Source: a virus (Duplodnaviria > Caudoviricetes). From it: a stretch of DNA of 57,327 nucleotides. This document shows, one piece after another, positions 27,647 through 38,032 of the stretch. A program made the translations under genes and the position numbers. The stretch is taken from positions 1 to 57,327 of IMG/VR virus record IMGVR_UViG_3300027612_000001; one strand, 5' to 3'. The notes beneath the pieces are model-generated. The model was not told the origin of the DNA. It searched no databases and worked only from the letters and a program-made list of their open reading frames with translations. Position 1 is the first letter of the stretch; every line of letters begins with the position of its first letter.

Positions 27647-29589
27647 TAACCTGTCCTCACTGTCACCGCAAAACCGATGATTTTTAGAAGTCCCTTGCCT
27701 CGTGTGGTGAATCTGAATTGAACACCACGATAGCGATGCTCAAACTTCCTTTCATATTGTCTTGATAGCGGAACATCAGGGAAGTTGTCGTCCGCCGCAT
27801 CATCTTCGATCGTGATCTGCATGGCTGACAGATATCTGCCTCGCTCATCAAATGCTTCGATCTGTAGCTCACCCTTACCAGTTGCCTGAAGGATGAAGCT
27901 GTAACTTTCTTTTATGTCGTTGATTGCGCCCTGCCAGAGTATTGGTGTTGTTACGACCATCTCTGGTGAGAACTCGACTATGTCTTCGATTCGCTTACGC
28001 TCCCAGACTCCGCCCGGAGTGCCAAGAAGCGTGTTCGGTCCGAGCTTCGCTCCGCAACGAGCATTAAGGAAGTCTCCTGAAGACCACTTGGATTCTCCGC
28101 CCTGTACTGGTGACAGCGAGAGAGTTAGTCTTTTTGTGATTAAGTCGGATATCGGGAAGAAGACGTGATACTGCCCTTCGTCTTGATCGTAAAACGCACT
28201 GATTTCCTCTAGGTTATCCACCTGCTTCACTAGATCTCTGTAGATTAGATCGATCTTGTTCGACATCGGGATCGTGTAGATTGTTACCCCGTTTGTTTCG
28301 CTTCGTCTGAGTGAGTGGATTCCATCTCTCGAACAGAAGAGAAGATCTGCGCCAGCCTGCGTAATCGTGTTGTGGCTGATGCACCCGACCTTGATGTTTG
28401 CTTTGTCGTCAATCTGCCATTGGGTGTAGTTGGGTGAGAGTTGATAGACCAGAGTCTGGTCGTTTGTGAAAACCGCAAGGCGGCTGTTTTCAAATACTCC
28501 AAGTCCTGTGATCTCATCGGCAGTTCCTATGATGTTGCCAACGTCAATATCAGCGGCTTTCGTTACCTGAGTCGCTGTCGGATCTTCGTCTTCGGTAAAG
28601 ATTGTTTCCTTATCAACTCGACTGAAGTCAATGATTGTCCGCTTACCCGGCTGTCCAGCTACAGCTAGTCGGCGCTGAATCGACACGATGTAAGCTGGTC
28701 TCTGGTCGGAGCCTGATTCGATCTCTTCCCACTTGAGGCCATCGTATTGGTACATGGGGAAATCGCGAGAGGCGAACACAACCTTATTGTTAAAGATGGT
28801 TGATGTGGCGACAGCGTTACGAGGGTAAACTTCCTTTACGATGTGAGCGCCGTCACTTGCCTGAATATCTGTGCGAACGACGAATATGTAAGCAACATTG
28901 TCATCTTGGGTATTCTGCTGGAACCACTCATAGAACCATTCAAAGTCCTCTAGTTCGGACTCGCCATGGGTTACCGTTATTCTGTTAAATGTGTTGTCCG
29001 CTGACACCCTGACTACTTCTTCGCTTTCCTCTGTATCAGGATCAACGACAGTCTCGAAATAGGATGCTGGTTCGTACCCTCTTGGGAATGCTACCGTCAG
29101 CGAATAACTTGCCTCGCCTACCGTTTCTGTTGACCAGTTGAAATCTGGGTACTTTGGCTCGCTTGCTGTCTCTTCCCACGTCACGTCGAAGTAAACGTAG
29201 TTACCGAAAGTCTGCGCTCCATTACTTGGGATCTCAATAAGGTCATCTGCGTCTTCGTTGAACTCAGCAAGTATTAGTTGTTGTGGGTTCTTAATGTCGC
29301 GCTCAGATCTAAGTGTTAGTCCGCCGCCATCTTTTTGAACCCACACAGCCAGATCTCGGCCGAAGAAGTTGACGTGAGTTACGACCTTGTTGCCATCAGT
29401 TCTTTGTACTGCGCCCGGATCACGAACAAGAATGCCTCGCCAATCAGCAAAGCCGTTCGAGATATCCATAAGGTGCTGTTTCTGCCCAGTATCTAGTGCG
29501 CCGATATCACGCGACGCATCAATACCTTGAAAGTCTTCGTATGGGTATACCTTGATACTTACGCCAGATGGCGCATACGTCGTAGACAT
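27646..29589 (-). CDS. Tail tubular protein B / nozzle-like beta-propeller
   Basis: Synteny after the adaptor; GCISHNTI, LLFCSRDGIHSL. Confidence 0.65.
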   Translation of the reverse strand: MSTTYAPSGVSIKVYPYEDFQGIDASRDIGALDTGQKQHLMDISNGFADWRGILVRDPGAVQRTDGNKVVTHVNFFGRDLAVWVQKDGGGLTLRSERDIKNPQQLILAEFNEDADDLIEIPSNGAQTFGNYVYFDVTWEETASEPKYPDFNWSTETVGEASYSLTVAFPRGYEPASYFETVVDPDTEESEEVVRVSADNTFNRITVTHGESELEDFEWFYEWFQQNTQDDNVAYIFVVRTDIQASDGAHIVKEVYPRNAVATSTIFNNKVVFASRDFPMYQYDGLKWEEIESGSDQRPAYIVSIQRRLAVAGQPGKRTIIDFSRVDKETIFTEDEDPTATQVTKAADIDVGNIIGTADEITGLGVFENSRLAVFTNDQTLVYQLSPNYTQWQIDDKANIKVGCISHNTITQAGADLLFCSRDGIHSLRRSETNGVTIYTIPMSNKIDLIYRDLVKQVDNLEEISAFYDQDEGQYHVFFPISDLITKRLTLSLSPVQGGESKWSSGDFLNARCGAKLGPNTLLGTPGGVWERKRIEDIVEFSPEMVVTTPILWQGAINDIKESYSFILQATGKGELQIEAFDERGRYLSAMQITIEDDAADDNFPDVPLSRQYERKFEHRYRGVQFRFTTRGKGLLKIIGFAVTVRTG

Positions 29590-30297
29590 TTAGTACCTCG
29601 AGGTGTCGTATGCTTGTGTTCCAGAAGGTTTCTGCGACTTATCCCAAGGAGACATCTCGATCTTTCCTGAGCCGAACTTCCGGTAGTAAAGAATCCGATT
29701 CATCATCTTGAAGTACATTGGGCCGTAGGCTTCGATCTTGTTTGACTGCTGTTGCACTGAGTAGTGGTACAAAAGGCCAGCAACCATGATGTTATCTGGG
29801 ATGTCTCTGGTTTCGCTTGGGTGTGTGTAGTAGTCGATCTCAGGGTTATCCCAGTACGGATGAGAGCGAAGGTCTTCAAGGATAAGGTTTGCAAATTCAA
29901 CAAACATCATCATGACTTCGCCATCTACCGTGCCCGGATGCATGTCGCCATAACGTCTTAACGTCTGGAAGACCAAAGCCTCTAGGTTTGAGTGAGGCGA
30001 ATTGAGATGAGGGTTGTTTGAAGAAAAGCGATTACGCCCTTCCTGATTTAGCGTCTCATCTCTGTGCGTAGACTCAATCTCGTTGGCAGTATTTGCATTG
30101 ACTGGTCCACGGAGGTCTTTTGCTCCGGGTGAATTAGTTCGACCCTTTACGTCTTGGTGAGACGGGAGATCATTAGGAGGAGCTTCTCCCGCTATCGAGT
30201 CGTATGTGCGAGGAATCTCCGCGTTCGAGGAATCCTGAGATCCTGTGTACGGGTCATTCGCGTCGCCTGTAACGCCTGATGCATATTGAGAAGCCAT
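29590..30297 (-). CDS. Tail tubular protein A / head-tail adaptor-like
   Basis: ANLILEDLRSHPYW...MVAGLLYHY; lies between capsid and nozzle. Confidence 0.55.
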   Translation of the reverse strand: MASQYASGVTGDANDPYTGSQDSSNAEIPRTYDSIAGEAPPNDLPSHQDVKGRTNSPGAKDLRGPVNANTANEIESTHRDETLNQEGRNRFSSNNPHLNSPHSNLEALVFQTLRRYGDMHPGTVDGEVMMMFVEFANLILEDLRSHPYWDNPEIDYYTHPSETRDIPDNIMVAGLLYHYSVQQQSNKIEAYGPMYFKMMNRILYYRKFGSGKIEMSPWDKSQKPSGTQAYDTSRY

Positions 30298-30306
30298 AGA
30301 TTACTC

Positions 30307-30588
30307 CTAGTCTGCTTTTACGATTCGCTTTTTGACGACGAACTCGTGAAGGTCGAAAGCGTCAACTAGATCAGTAGGTACTGACCAGATTAGATGCTCC
30401 TTCTCTTTGTCCCAGTAAGGCGTGATCTTTTGGTTGCGAACACGAATATCGAAAGGCTGAAGTTCTTCGTTTGCCGAAACGTACAAAACTTTAGATGGTT
30501 TCGCTGGAGCGGCTTTTTTAGCTACTGACTTAGTCGCGGCAAGTTTGACTTTCGCTGAAGCCTCTTGACGTTCTTCGTTACGATCCAT
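30307..30588 (-). CDS. Hypothetical protein
   Basis: Start at MDRNEE after GGAG, downstream of the terminator. Confidence 0.6.
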   Translation of the reverse strand: MDRNEERQEASAKVKLAATKSVAKKAAPAKPSKVLYVSANEELQPFDIRVRNQKITPYWDKEKEHLIWSVPTDLVDAFDLHEFVVKKRIVKAD

Positions 30589-30601
30589 TTTAGGTCTCCA
30601 T

Positions 30602-30630
30602 AAAAAACTAAGGCGGGGTTTCCCCCGCCT
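30602..30630 (-). terminator. Rho-independent terminator after the major capsid gene
   Basis: Minus strand AGGCGGGG-GAAA-CCCCGCCT followed by TAGTTTTTT. Confidence 0.85.
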
Positions 30631-30667
30631 CAATTTAGTCATACATCTGAACTAAGAGTCGTCCCTA

Positions 30668-31849
30668 TTAAGAGACAGCGCCCCAGTTCTTGATGCGGTG
30701 GTGTACCTTAGACTGAGTCATTTCCAGACCGCACTCACACATGTACATGTGCTTGACACCGTCGAAGTCTGGAGTCTGGATGTCGCGTACCAACTGAACG
30801 TCGCGGCCCTGCATGTAGCGGTACTTAACTTCGTTCATGTCGAGGATGACCATTTCCTTGTCCATGCCCGGAACCTGACGGAACATTGGGTGCATGTATA
30901 CAAGCAAGTCACCTGCGTAAGTTGTGTAGCGGCTCAACGATACGCCATAAGCGTTATCGATCTGAGTTGGTTGCCAACGGTTCTTACCGATTTCCATGAG
31001 GTTCGAGATAACTCGAGCACCACAGAAAGCAACTTTTTCTGGTGAGCCATACGCGAAGATGTCTTCGATAAGAAGACGGTCAAACTCTTTCTCAGTGATT
31101 GTGTTTGCAGTGTCAAAACCTGACGCCGCGTCAGACACGTTAGTGATCTGAGTAGTCAATCCACCTGTGAAACGAGTTGGCTGTGCTGTGTTGCCGTTCT
31201 TCTCGTGACGAACACCGAAGAACATTGCACGCTCAATGTCAGCCATGTGTAGCTTGAGAGCCTTAGTCAACTGCTCCTGCTCCTTATCACCAGTACGGAG
31301 ATAAGTGTTCTGGAGTGTTCCGCTCACCTGCACCGCAGTCTTGAAGATCTGGGTGAAGTTGAAGTCGGTTGTTGGGTCGAAGCTAATAGCTGTAGGTGAG
31401 TTACCACCTTCTGAGTCAGCAAAACCAGCAATGATCAAGTCGTCGTTGTCGCCGATCGTGTAGCCAGTGCCACCGATGTTACGCTCAACAGTCAACGTGT
31501 TTGTGCCAGTGTTTGCATCCGCAGATGCACGCATGATTTCGCCAGTCGCTACGTTCTGAAGAACAGTACCCGCAACAACGAATGCTTCGTCGTTTGAGTT
31601 GTCTACAACGATAGTGCCTGTAGAAGTATCAGCAACAGCGCCGTTTACCTTCAGCTTACGATCTGGAAGCTCATCACGGAAGTGGTTGAACTTTGGATCG
31701 TCTGTAGCTTCAGAGCCAGCCATTGAAAGAAGTGCCTGTAATGGTGCAGTACCATTAGGCTCCAAGAGAGTGAATAACTCTCGGTAGTTGGTGGGACGGA
31801 AATCCGTAGTGAACTGCCCTGTCCCACGCAAACCAGTAATTGCGGTCAT
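30668..31849 (-). CDS. Major capsid protein (DUF5309/SU10-like)
   Basis: TAPLQALLS, NFTQIFKTAVQVSGT, DIERAMFFG, TGGL, ECGLE; strong RBS. Confidence 0.9.
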   Translation of the reverse strand: MTAITGLRGTGQFTTDFRPTNYRELFTLLEPNGTAPLQALLSMAGSEATDDPKFNHFRDELPDRKLKVNGAVADTSTGTIVVDNSNDEAFVVAGTVLQNVATGEIMRASADANTGTNTLTVERNIGGTGYTIGDNDDLIIAGFADSEGGNSPTAISFDPTTDFNFTQIFKTAVQVSGTLQNTYLRTGDKEQEQLTKALKLHMADIERAMFFGVRHEKNGNTAQPTRFTGGLTTQITNVSDAASGFDTANTITEKEFDRLLIEDIFAYGSPEKVAFCGARVISNLMEIGKNRWQPTQIDNAYGVSLSRYTTYAGDLLVYMHPMFRQVPGMDKEMVILDMNEVKYRYMQGRDVQLVRDIQTPDFDGVKHMYMCECGLEMTQSKVHHRIKNWGAVS

Positions 31850-32039
31850 GATATCTCTCCTATGACGCAGGTTTGTTTCGTGGTTTTAGGTGGTCACAGC
31901 TTTTTGTTCTGGCGACTCGATTCGCATATCAGATAGCTGGTTCCCGAGACACACAACTGTGGAGCCGTAGCGCCTGTGTATTCTCATGAAGGTAGTGTGC
32001 AAAGACGTAGAGGGACTTGTCGTCCCTCCTTGTCAATTT

Positions 32040-33080
32040 TTATGCAAGTCCACGCTTACGCATTGCCTGCTGAGCAACGGAATTCATGAATTGCTCGTCT
32101 GGGTTACCGGCTGGAGCGGCTCCCGATGTTGGAGTAGATGGGCCTGCGCCAGTGAATGCTTGGCGGCGCTCATTGAGTGCGCGGAGCCTTTCCATCTCTG
32201 GCGTGTTACGGTTTGCGGAGAAGTCCTGCATGATGCGACGAGTAAGGTCTCGATCAACAAAATCCTCTACCGTGTAGCCACGGCCATACGCGAAGTCGAA
32301 GAAGTCATCTTCTGCGTCATCTGGCAAGTTGAACTCAGCTTGCGCAGAGTTTAGGTTGTTTGCCGCCTGCATACGGTAAGCGTTGCTTACGTCTTGCTGT
32401 GCTTGATTAACTGCGACCTGTGCGTCTCCGCTAACTCCTTGGGCTTGAGCCAAGATTCCAGTCATCATCTGCTTCATCTGGGAGTTCTCCATTTGAAGCT
32501 GATTGATTAAGTGCATTCCTTGGCGATACATAGGAGGCAATGTGACTGCGTTCTCACGCTCCCAACGTGCAATCTCTTCGTCCACGTTAGTCTGCTGACC
32601 ATCTGGTCGATCAGGAGTTGGATCTTGCTGGTTACCCATTTGAGGGTTAGATGTGTATGCCTGAATTGCGCTAGCTAAAAATTGAGCTACGTCTTCGCCA
32701 TTCACTTCCTGCCCAGTCTGGCGAGCATTAGCGACCATCTGGTTGATCAGGTTAATAGCAGGTTCGATCGGCTTGATCTCGTTAGCGTGACGGTAGTTCA
32801 TGTCACGGTAGCGTTCCATCGTTGATTTGATCTGCGATGTAGACAATGTGCGCCTATCGCCATTGCCGAAGTCGACTTCCACGAACGCATCTTCTCTCGA
32901 CATATCACCTTCCGTTTCCGGTGCGATTGCTTCTTGAGCTTGCTCGTCTAATGATGGAGGCGTCTCCTGACTGGCAGGATCCTGTTGAGGTTGTTGTGGT
33001 TGACCCGGTGTAGGTCCGAGCTTTTCTTGGGACGCGGCTGAAATTAACGCCTGATCCATTTCTTCGTTTGTGCGAGACAT
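32040..33080 (-). CDS. Capsid scaffolding protein
   Basis: Acidic/Q-rich helical protein directly upstream of the MCP. Confidence 0.7.
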   Translation of the reverse strand: MSRTNEEMDQALISAASQEKLGPTPGQPQQPQQDPASQETPPSLDEQAQEAIAPETEGDMSREDAFVEVDFGNGDRRTLSTSQIKSTMERYRDMNYRHANEIKPIEPAINLINQMVANARQTGQEVNGEDVAQFLASAIQAYTSNPQMGNQQDPTPDRPDGQQTNVDEEIARWERENAVTLPPMYRQGMHLINQLQMENSQMKQMMTGILAQAQGVSGDAQVAVNQAQQDVSNAYRMQAANNLNSAQAEFNLPDDAEDDFFDFAYGRGYTVEDFVDRDLTRRIMQDFSANRNTPEMERLRALNERRQAFTGAGPSTPTSGAAPAGNPDEQFMNSVAQQAMRKRGLA

Positions 33081-33136
33081 ATGTTTCCCCTATGCCAGCC
33101 GTAGCGGGCGGTAAAAATGGCGGAGCCGTAGCACCG

Positions 33137-33397
33137 CTAAGAGTTAAACTCCTTGTCTACCATGAGGGATATCTCGTTTTGAGCTTTCATCACGAGTTGC
33201 TCTGGGAGATCAAGGAACTTCTTCGCGGCGTAAAGAGCGCCACGTCTAAAATGCAGTTCTTCGAGAGTTAATGGTTTGTTGTCTGCGAGTTGGTAAGCAG
33301 ACATCAGGATGGCATCTTCCATTTCCTGCTTGAGTATTGTCCAAGCGTTAGACGACTTGAACCTTTGAAGCTCTTCAATGCGTTGTTGAGGAGACAT
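33137..33397 (-). CDS. Hypothetical helical protein
   Basis: ORF with RBS in the head operon. Confidence 0.6.
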   Translation of the reverse strand: MSPQQRIEELQRFKSSNAWTILKQEMEDAILMSAYQLADNKPLTLEELHFRRGALYAAKKFLDLPEQLVMKAQNEISLMVDKEFNS

Positions 33398-33399
33398 GA

Positions 33400-33660
33400 T
33401 TACCCCTTATGAAATGTAACGTAAGTTCCTACAGCGATAGTTCCGAGAACAAGCATGATGAACCAGCGGACAACTGTCCTGACCGCTGTCCCCTTGATGT
33501 CCCTCCAGCCATCGATGAGTTCACGAAGATCGCGGATATCTTTCCCGGCGTCTTCGTCGTGGAGGCCGAGTTGAAGCAAGGCTTTCTTAGCTCCGGCCTC
33601 GGCCGCCTTATTGAGAAGTAGGTCTAGTTGCTCTTTCGACAGCTTTACTTCTTCGCCCAT
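33400..33660 (-). CDS. Small membrane protein (DUF6127-like/holin-like)
   Basis: AAEAGAKKAL..LGL.DE.A.KDIRDLR.L.D.W plus a C-terminal TM. Confidence 0.65.
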   Translation of the reverse strand: MGEEVKLSKEQLDLLLNKAAEAGAKKALLQLGLHDEDAGKDIRDLRELIDGWRDIKGTAVRTVVRWFIMLVLGTIAVGTYVTFHKG

Positions 33661-33669
33661 CTCTGGCTC

Positions 33670-36261
33670 CTACGCGAATCTGATTGGCATTGGGACTGTG
33701 ATGTACTCGTCGTCATCTTCTGGCAACTGAGATCCACCTGCGTAACCGAACTGGAACGCCGAGCCGTCTGTACACTTCATTATGCAACCGCCTTCGGAGG
33801 TGTTCCCGATGACATGGAAGTCTTCGATTACTTTGCCGTGAATAGGTATTTCGCGGAACCAGTAGTTTGTAGCGTCTGTTGTTCCTGTGCCGAGGCCGCC
33901 GTTACCGCCGTAGCCTACAGACCAGAGCTTGCCGTCTGAGTCGAGGACGAATGTCCGGTTGTAAGAGCCTGTTCCACCCGTGCGGATCTTTACTGCATTG
34001 GTGAAAGGTTCGTTAGTGTATGTACCTTCGCCAATGCCCTGCGTGTAGATTGCTTTCTGGGCTTCTACGAATGTCGCTCTGTTCGTTGTGGACTCGTCCA
34101 CGCCGAGAGATCCGTAGTTGTTTGAGCCACATGACCAAACAGAGCCGTCAGTCTTGATCGCGTGAGATGTCTCGTAGTCACCGGCTTGGCCTCTAGCGAA
34201 CACTTCTGCTACGCCGGACAAGCAACTTGCTGGAACGTATGTTGCCGCGTTGGTTGTTGTTCCGTTGCGACCAAGGTTTCCATATCCGTTGTAGCCCCAT
34301 GAGTACAGTTCGCCATTGGTGTCGATAGCAAATGACGATTCACCTCCGACATGGATCTTAGCGATGGTAATACTGTTATCGATGAAGTACTGGATCTTGG
34401 TTAGTGTTGCAAAGACGCCAGTGCCACTTGTCCCATGCCCTAGCTGACCGTACTCGTTATGACCCCAAGCGTAAACTTCGCCATCGACTGTGAGAGCTAG
34501 GATGTGAGACTGGTTATTTCGACCCACCTTAACATCCACAATTTCCTCGGTGATGCCAGTGAGCTCTTGGAAGTACCCGGTGTTTGTGAGACCTGCGAGC
34601 TGTCCGTGGCCATTGTACCCTGAGATGTGTAAGTCACCATCAGTATCGAGCATCACGGTTATCTTGTTGTCAGAGTAATTTCCTACCCCTTGAATAATCT
34701 TCTTGATCCGCTTTCCGTAGATCGAGTTGTTTGAGTCGCCAGAGATGTAGCGAGGTACTTTGATGGTGCCGGTTGAGGTGTTCCCGATCCCGGCTTCGCC
34801 GTCAGTCTGGTAGCCCCAAGTCCAAACTTCATCGTTCTCGTCGATTGCAAAGACAAGCTCGCTGTAGTCGTGTGTGTATGACTTAAACTTTGGCGAGTTC
34901 TTGTACATCGGAGTCTGGATTGGGTAGGACCGATCGTAAACCTCATTGCCCCGGCCAGACATGTAGTTACCGCCGACTCCCCACCAGCGGAGTGTTCCGT
35001 CTTCCATCATGACTGTGCCGCGACGGTAGAGGTTGGTGTTCTCTGTATCAGGGAACTTCCATGCTCGGTATGAGCTGGATACTTGGTGAGGCTTCCAAGA
35101 AGGCATCCCTTCGGCGTTTACAGTAAGGACTGTGTTTGGTGCGCCAACAGGAAGTGGCTTTAGATCGCTTCCATCAAAGTAAATAAGGTCGCCAACATTT
35201 GTTGCTACTGTGTTGATCCCTTGGCCAAATACCGCCCAGTTAGAAGACTGAGTGATCGTTGTTGTGCGGCCGCCAGTGATGTTGATCTCTGATCCGTAGA
35301 TAGACAGGGATCCGTACTTAATTGTCGAAGGTGAATCCAATGGTACGAGGTAACTGGTCACCCCTTGCTCTGTGCCTGCGGTGTGCGTGAATCCATCCGA
35401 GATCCCATAAGGAGTGTCGTCATCTGGATCAGCCACTCCATTCTCAAGCATGATCGGACTGTAGAACTTGATCTGCGTATTCTGTCCTGCGATTGTGTTT
35501 GATGAGTCAGTCTGATCAAAGATGTATTCGTAGCCGCGCTGTAGGTAAAGCGTGTCCTGACGAACGCCATCGATAACAAAGACGTATTCGTCTGAAGCGT
35601 TCTGATCAATGGTTACCGCGTAGTTGACGATGTACTCGTCTGGGTTGCCTGCTCTGACTGTGCCGCCAAAACTTTCGGTGTAGGTGTTTGCATTCGCCAG
35701 TACGTCGAAGTTGCGCAAGACGTAGATTGCTGAGTCCGAGAATCCGTAAGGGACTGTGATCTTTGCGTAAGCGCCCGCTGAGCCGGGGTTGATTACTGAG
35801 TACTCGACATTAACGTCATCAAGCGCTCCGCCATTAGCGACTGTGTCACTGTAGAAGCCGATGTACTTGTAGTTGAAGCCATCGATCATTGAGGAGTCGC
35901 TGAGGTCGAACCAATAGGTGTAACCCCATTGGACATCAAGTCTCTCACTGTTTGAGATGTAGTCTGTTTGTGAGCCAGAAAAAGCTGGAGTGCCGTTAGT
36001 TACTGACACATCTTGCTTCTTAATGACCAGCTTGTCATTAGCGATGCTTACGACGAAGCCAAAGTTCTGAACAGGAGGCATTGGCAACTGGTTTTCAGCA
36101 GTGGTGTTCTGCGAAATAGGAGCTTCGCCTGACGTTCCATCTGTTGTGCATACATAAGAAGTGCCGTCGTAAGTCGCGACGTCTTGCTCACTGTATGTCT
36201 CTGAGCCGCTGTATGCGCCTTTGTATGTGAAGGCTACTGTGCCCAATGATATCGTTGCCAT
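33670..36261 (-). CDS. Tail fibre / receptor-binding protein with RCC1 repeats
   Basis: Repeated WG.N.YGQLG motifs; N-terminal KGAYSG.ETY...D.ATYDG. Confidence 0.85.
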   Translation of the reverse strand: MATISLGTVAFTYKGAYSGSETYSEQDVATYDGTSYVCTTDGTSGEAPISQNTTAENQLPMPPVQNFGFVVSIANDKLVIKKQDVSVTNGTPAFSGSQTDYISNSERLDVQWGYTYWFDLSDSSMIDGFNYKYIGFYSDTVANGGALDDVNVEYSVINPGSAGAYAKITVPYGFSDSAIYVLRNFDVLANANTYTESFGGTVRAGNPDEYIVNYAVTIDQNASDEYVFVIDGVRQDTLYLQRGYEYIFDQTDSSNTIAGQNTQIKFYSPIMLENGVADPDDDTPYGISDGFTHTAGTEQGVTSYLVPLDSPSTIKYGSLSIYGSEINITGGRTTTITQSSNWAVFGQGINTVATNVGDLIYFDGSDLKPLPVGAPNTVLTVNAEGMPSWKPHQVSSSYRAWKFPDTENTNLYRRGTVMMEDGTLRWWGVGGNYMSGRGNEVYDRSYPIQTPMYKNSPKFKSYTHDYSELVFAIDENDEVWTWGYQTDGEAGIGNTSTGTIKVPRYISGDSNNSIYGKRIKKIIQGVGNYSDNKITVMLDTDGDLHISGYNGHGQLAGLTNTGYFQELTGITEEIVDVKVGRNNQSHILALTVDGEVYAWGHNEYGQLGHGTSGTGVFATLTKIQYFIDNSITIAKIHVGGESSFAIDTNGELYSWGYNGYGNLGRNGTTTNAATYVPASCLSGVAEVFARGQAGDYETSHAIKTDGSVWSCGSNNYGSLGVDESTTNRATFVEAQKAIYTQGIGEGTYTNEPFTNAVKIRTGGTGSYNRTFVLDSDGKLWSVGYGGNGGLGTGTTDATNYWFREIPIHGKVIEDFHVIGNTSEGGCIMKCTDGSAFQFGYAGGSQLPEDDDEYITVPMPIRFA

Positions 36262-36271
36262 TTATAGCTCC

Positions 36272-38032
36272 TTAAAGCCTAACTCTTTGTGGCGTATAAC
36301 CGTCTTGATTGTCGTCTTCCCACCCGAGTCGCCCGTGGCTACCCGCTCCTGCTGACCACAACTCGCCCCTGTCTGTTAGATAATACGTCGTCAAATCCGT
36401 TGTTGCGTCCTGCACATAACCTGCCGTGTAGTAATCAACAACTGCATCTGGGACTCTTGCTACTCGACGGAGCGTCTGAGTGTTTGAGACCCAATCATCT
36501 ACGCCTCTAGAGCCGAGGTTGTCGCCAAGGTTGTTTGCCCATCCGTAACCGGGGTTGCCGGACGTGTTGTTTCCGCTTGACTGCACATAACCGCTTGCGG
36601 TTAAGCCCATGCTCTGAACGCCGTAGCGAGACGTGATATGAGTGAGCTTTACGATGTCTGGAGCCCAGTGGTAGTTTCTCGTCCAGTTGTTTGATGACGC
36701 GATATCTACTCCATCGGCATCAAATCCATGAAGACCGTACTGGTCTTGTCCGATAGTCCAGATTTCGCCGTTCTTCTTGCGGGCGATAATGTGTTCGTAT
36801 CCGCCGTGGCCTGTGTAGGCTTCAGCAATGTCGTCAATACGGTTTTCTGGTAGCCATTCGTTGATGAAAGTTCCAGCGGGGTTGAAGTCCACAATCTGCG
36901 ACCTTCTGTTAGAAACCTGCCACGAGTACATATTTCCTTCTTCGGAAACGACTAGGCCGGTTCTGTGGTACTGCGTACCAGCCTGAGAATGGTCGTCTGA
37001 CTCGTGCCATACGACTTGCTTTGGCGTGAAGCCCGGATCGACTGACGGAGCCCATGCTTCATGGATGGAGAGGTTGTTTGGTGGGTTGACTGACCATGTT
37101 GATAGAGATGAGCTTGTTTCACCGATACCGTAGAGCACGTTATCTTCGCCGAGCATCGCCGTTGCCGCGTAGTACATCTGTCCGTTGAAGATCTTCTTCA
37201 TCGGAACCATCTCTGATCGCTTAGACAAGCGAGGAGTGGTTACATTGCCAGTGCCTTGCGACCCGTCGCCGATGCCGAAGTTGTAGTTGTCGTTGCGGCC
37301 ACAGCAGTAAACCTTGCCGTCGTCTGTTAAGAACATCGTGCTCTTGTAGCCGTTGTAAGAGCAGACTGGATAGCAATCTACAACGACGGCATTCTCTGGA
37401 AGATCGCCTTTGCCGTTGATCAGAGTTGGACGCTGTACGTCGGTTGTCGTTCCATTCCCGACGTTACCGTAGTTGTTGTGGCCCCATCCGTAAATTCTTC
37501 CGTCTGCGTCAAGAGCGAAGCAGAACTCTCGAGCACCGAACAGCTTTACGATCGGGGCGGTATCCGAGTAGAACTGAAGTTGCACTGGGTCTGAGCGGCC
37601 AATATCACCTTGGTTACCTGCGCCTAAAGACTTGTTGAGATTACGACCCCAAGCCATAACTGTGCCGTCAGTCATGATGACATGCATGTTGTGGTGGTGG
37701 CCTGTCGAGTAGCCTGTTCCTGCGTAGTACTCAGGAAGACGTAGGACGCCGTTAGTTCTCGATATGTCGTCGTACTGCCAGATTGGACGGCCTACAGAGC
37801 TCACTGTGAACTTCTGATTTACTGCGCCTGACAGGTAGTAATCCATGTTGTGTATCAGGTCGCCCTTGGTGGTCGAACCTACTTGGCCTGACGCCATGGT
37901 GCGCCAAGTTGAGCCGTCCCAGAACTTTACGAAGCCGTCCTTAGATACAGTGTCGCCTACGACGTAAAGGGTTCCTTCGGCGTAGTTACCTTTCCAGCGG
38001 AAACCAATTTTTGAAGCGTCCAACATGCTCAT
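36272..38032 (-). CDS. Second RCC1-repeat tail fibre protein
   Basis: WGRN..LG, WGHNNYGNVG, GRNDNYNFG; N-terminal FRWKGNY. Confidence 0.85.
   Translation of the reverse strand: MSMLDASKIGFRWKGNYAEGTLYVVGDTVSKDGFVKFWDGSTWRTMASGQVGSTTKGDLIHNMDYYLSGAVNQKFTVSSVGRPIWQYDDISRTNGVLRLPEYYAGTGYSTGHHHNMHVIMTDGTVMAWGRNLNKSLGAGNQGDIGRSDPVQLQFYSDTAPIVKLFGAREFCFALDADGRIYGWGHNNYGNVGNGTTTDVQRPTLINGKGDLPENAVVVDCYPVCSYNGYKSTMFLTDDGKVYCCGRNDNYNFGIGDGSQGTGNVTTPRLSKRSEMVPMKKIFNGQMYYAATAMLGEDNVLYGIGETSSSLSTWSVNPPNNLSIHEAWAPSVDPGFTPKQVVWHESDDHSQAGTQYHRTGLVVSEEGNMYSWQVSNRRSQIVDFNPAGTFINEWLPENRIDDIAEAYTGHGGYEHIIARKKNGEIWTIGQDQYGLHGFDADGVDIASSNNWTRNYHWAPDIVKLTHITSRYGVQSMGLTASGYVQSSGNNTSGNPGYGWANNLGDNLGSRGVDDWVSNTQTLRRVARVPDAVVDYYTAGYVQDATTDLTTYYLTDRGELWSAGAGSHGRLGWEDDNQDGYTPQRVRL

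Noticed and set aside
33670-38032. Diversity-generating retroelement targeting the fibres
   Set aside because: No reverse transcriptase, and no adenine-variant template/variable repeat pair seen
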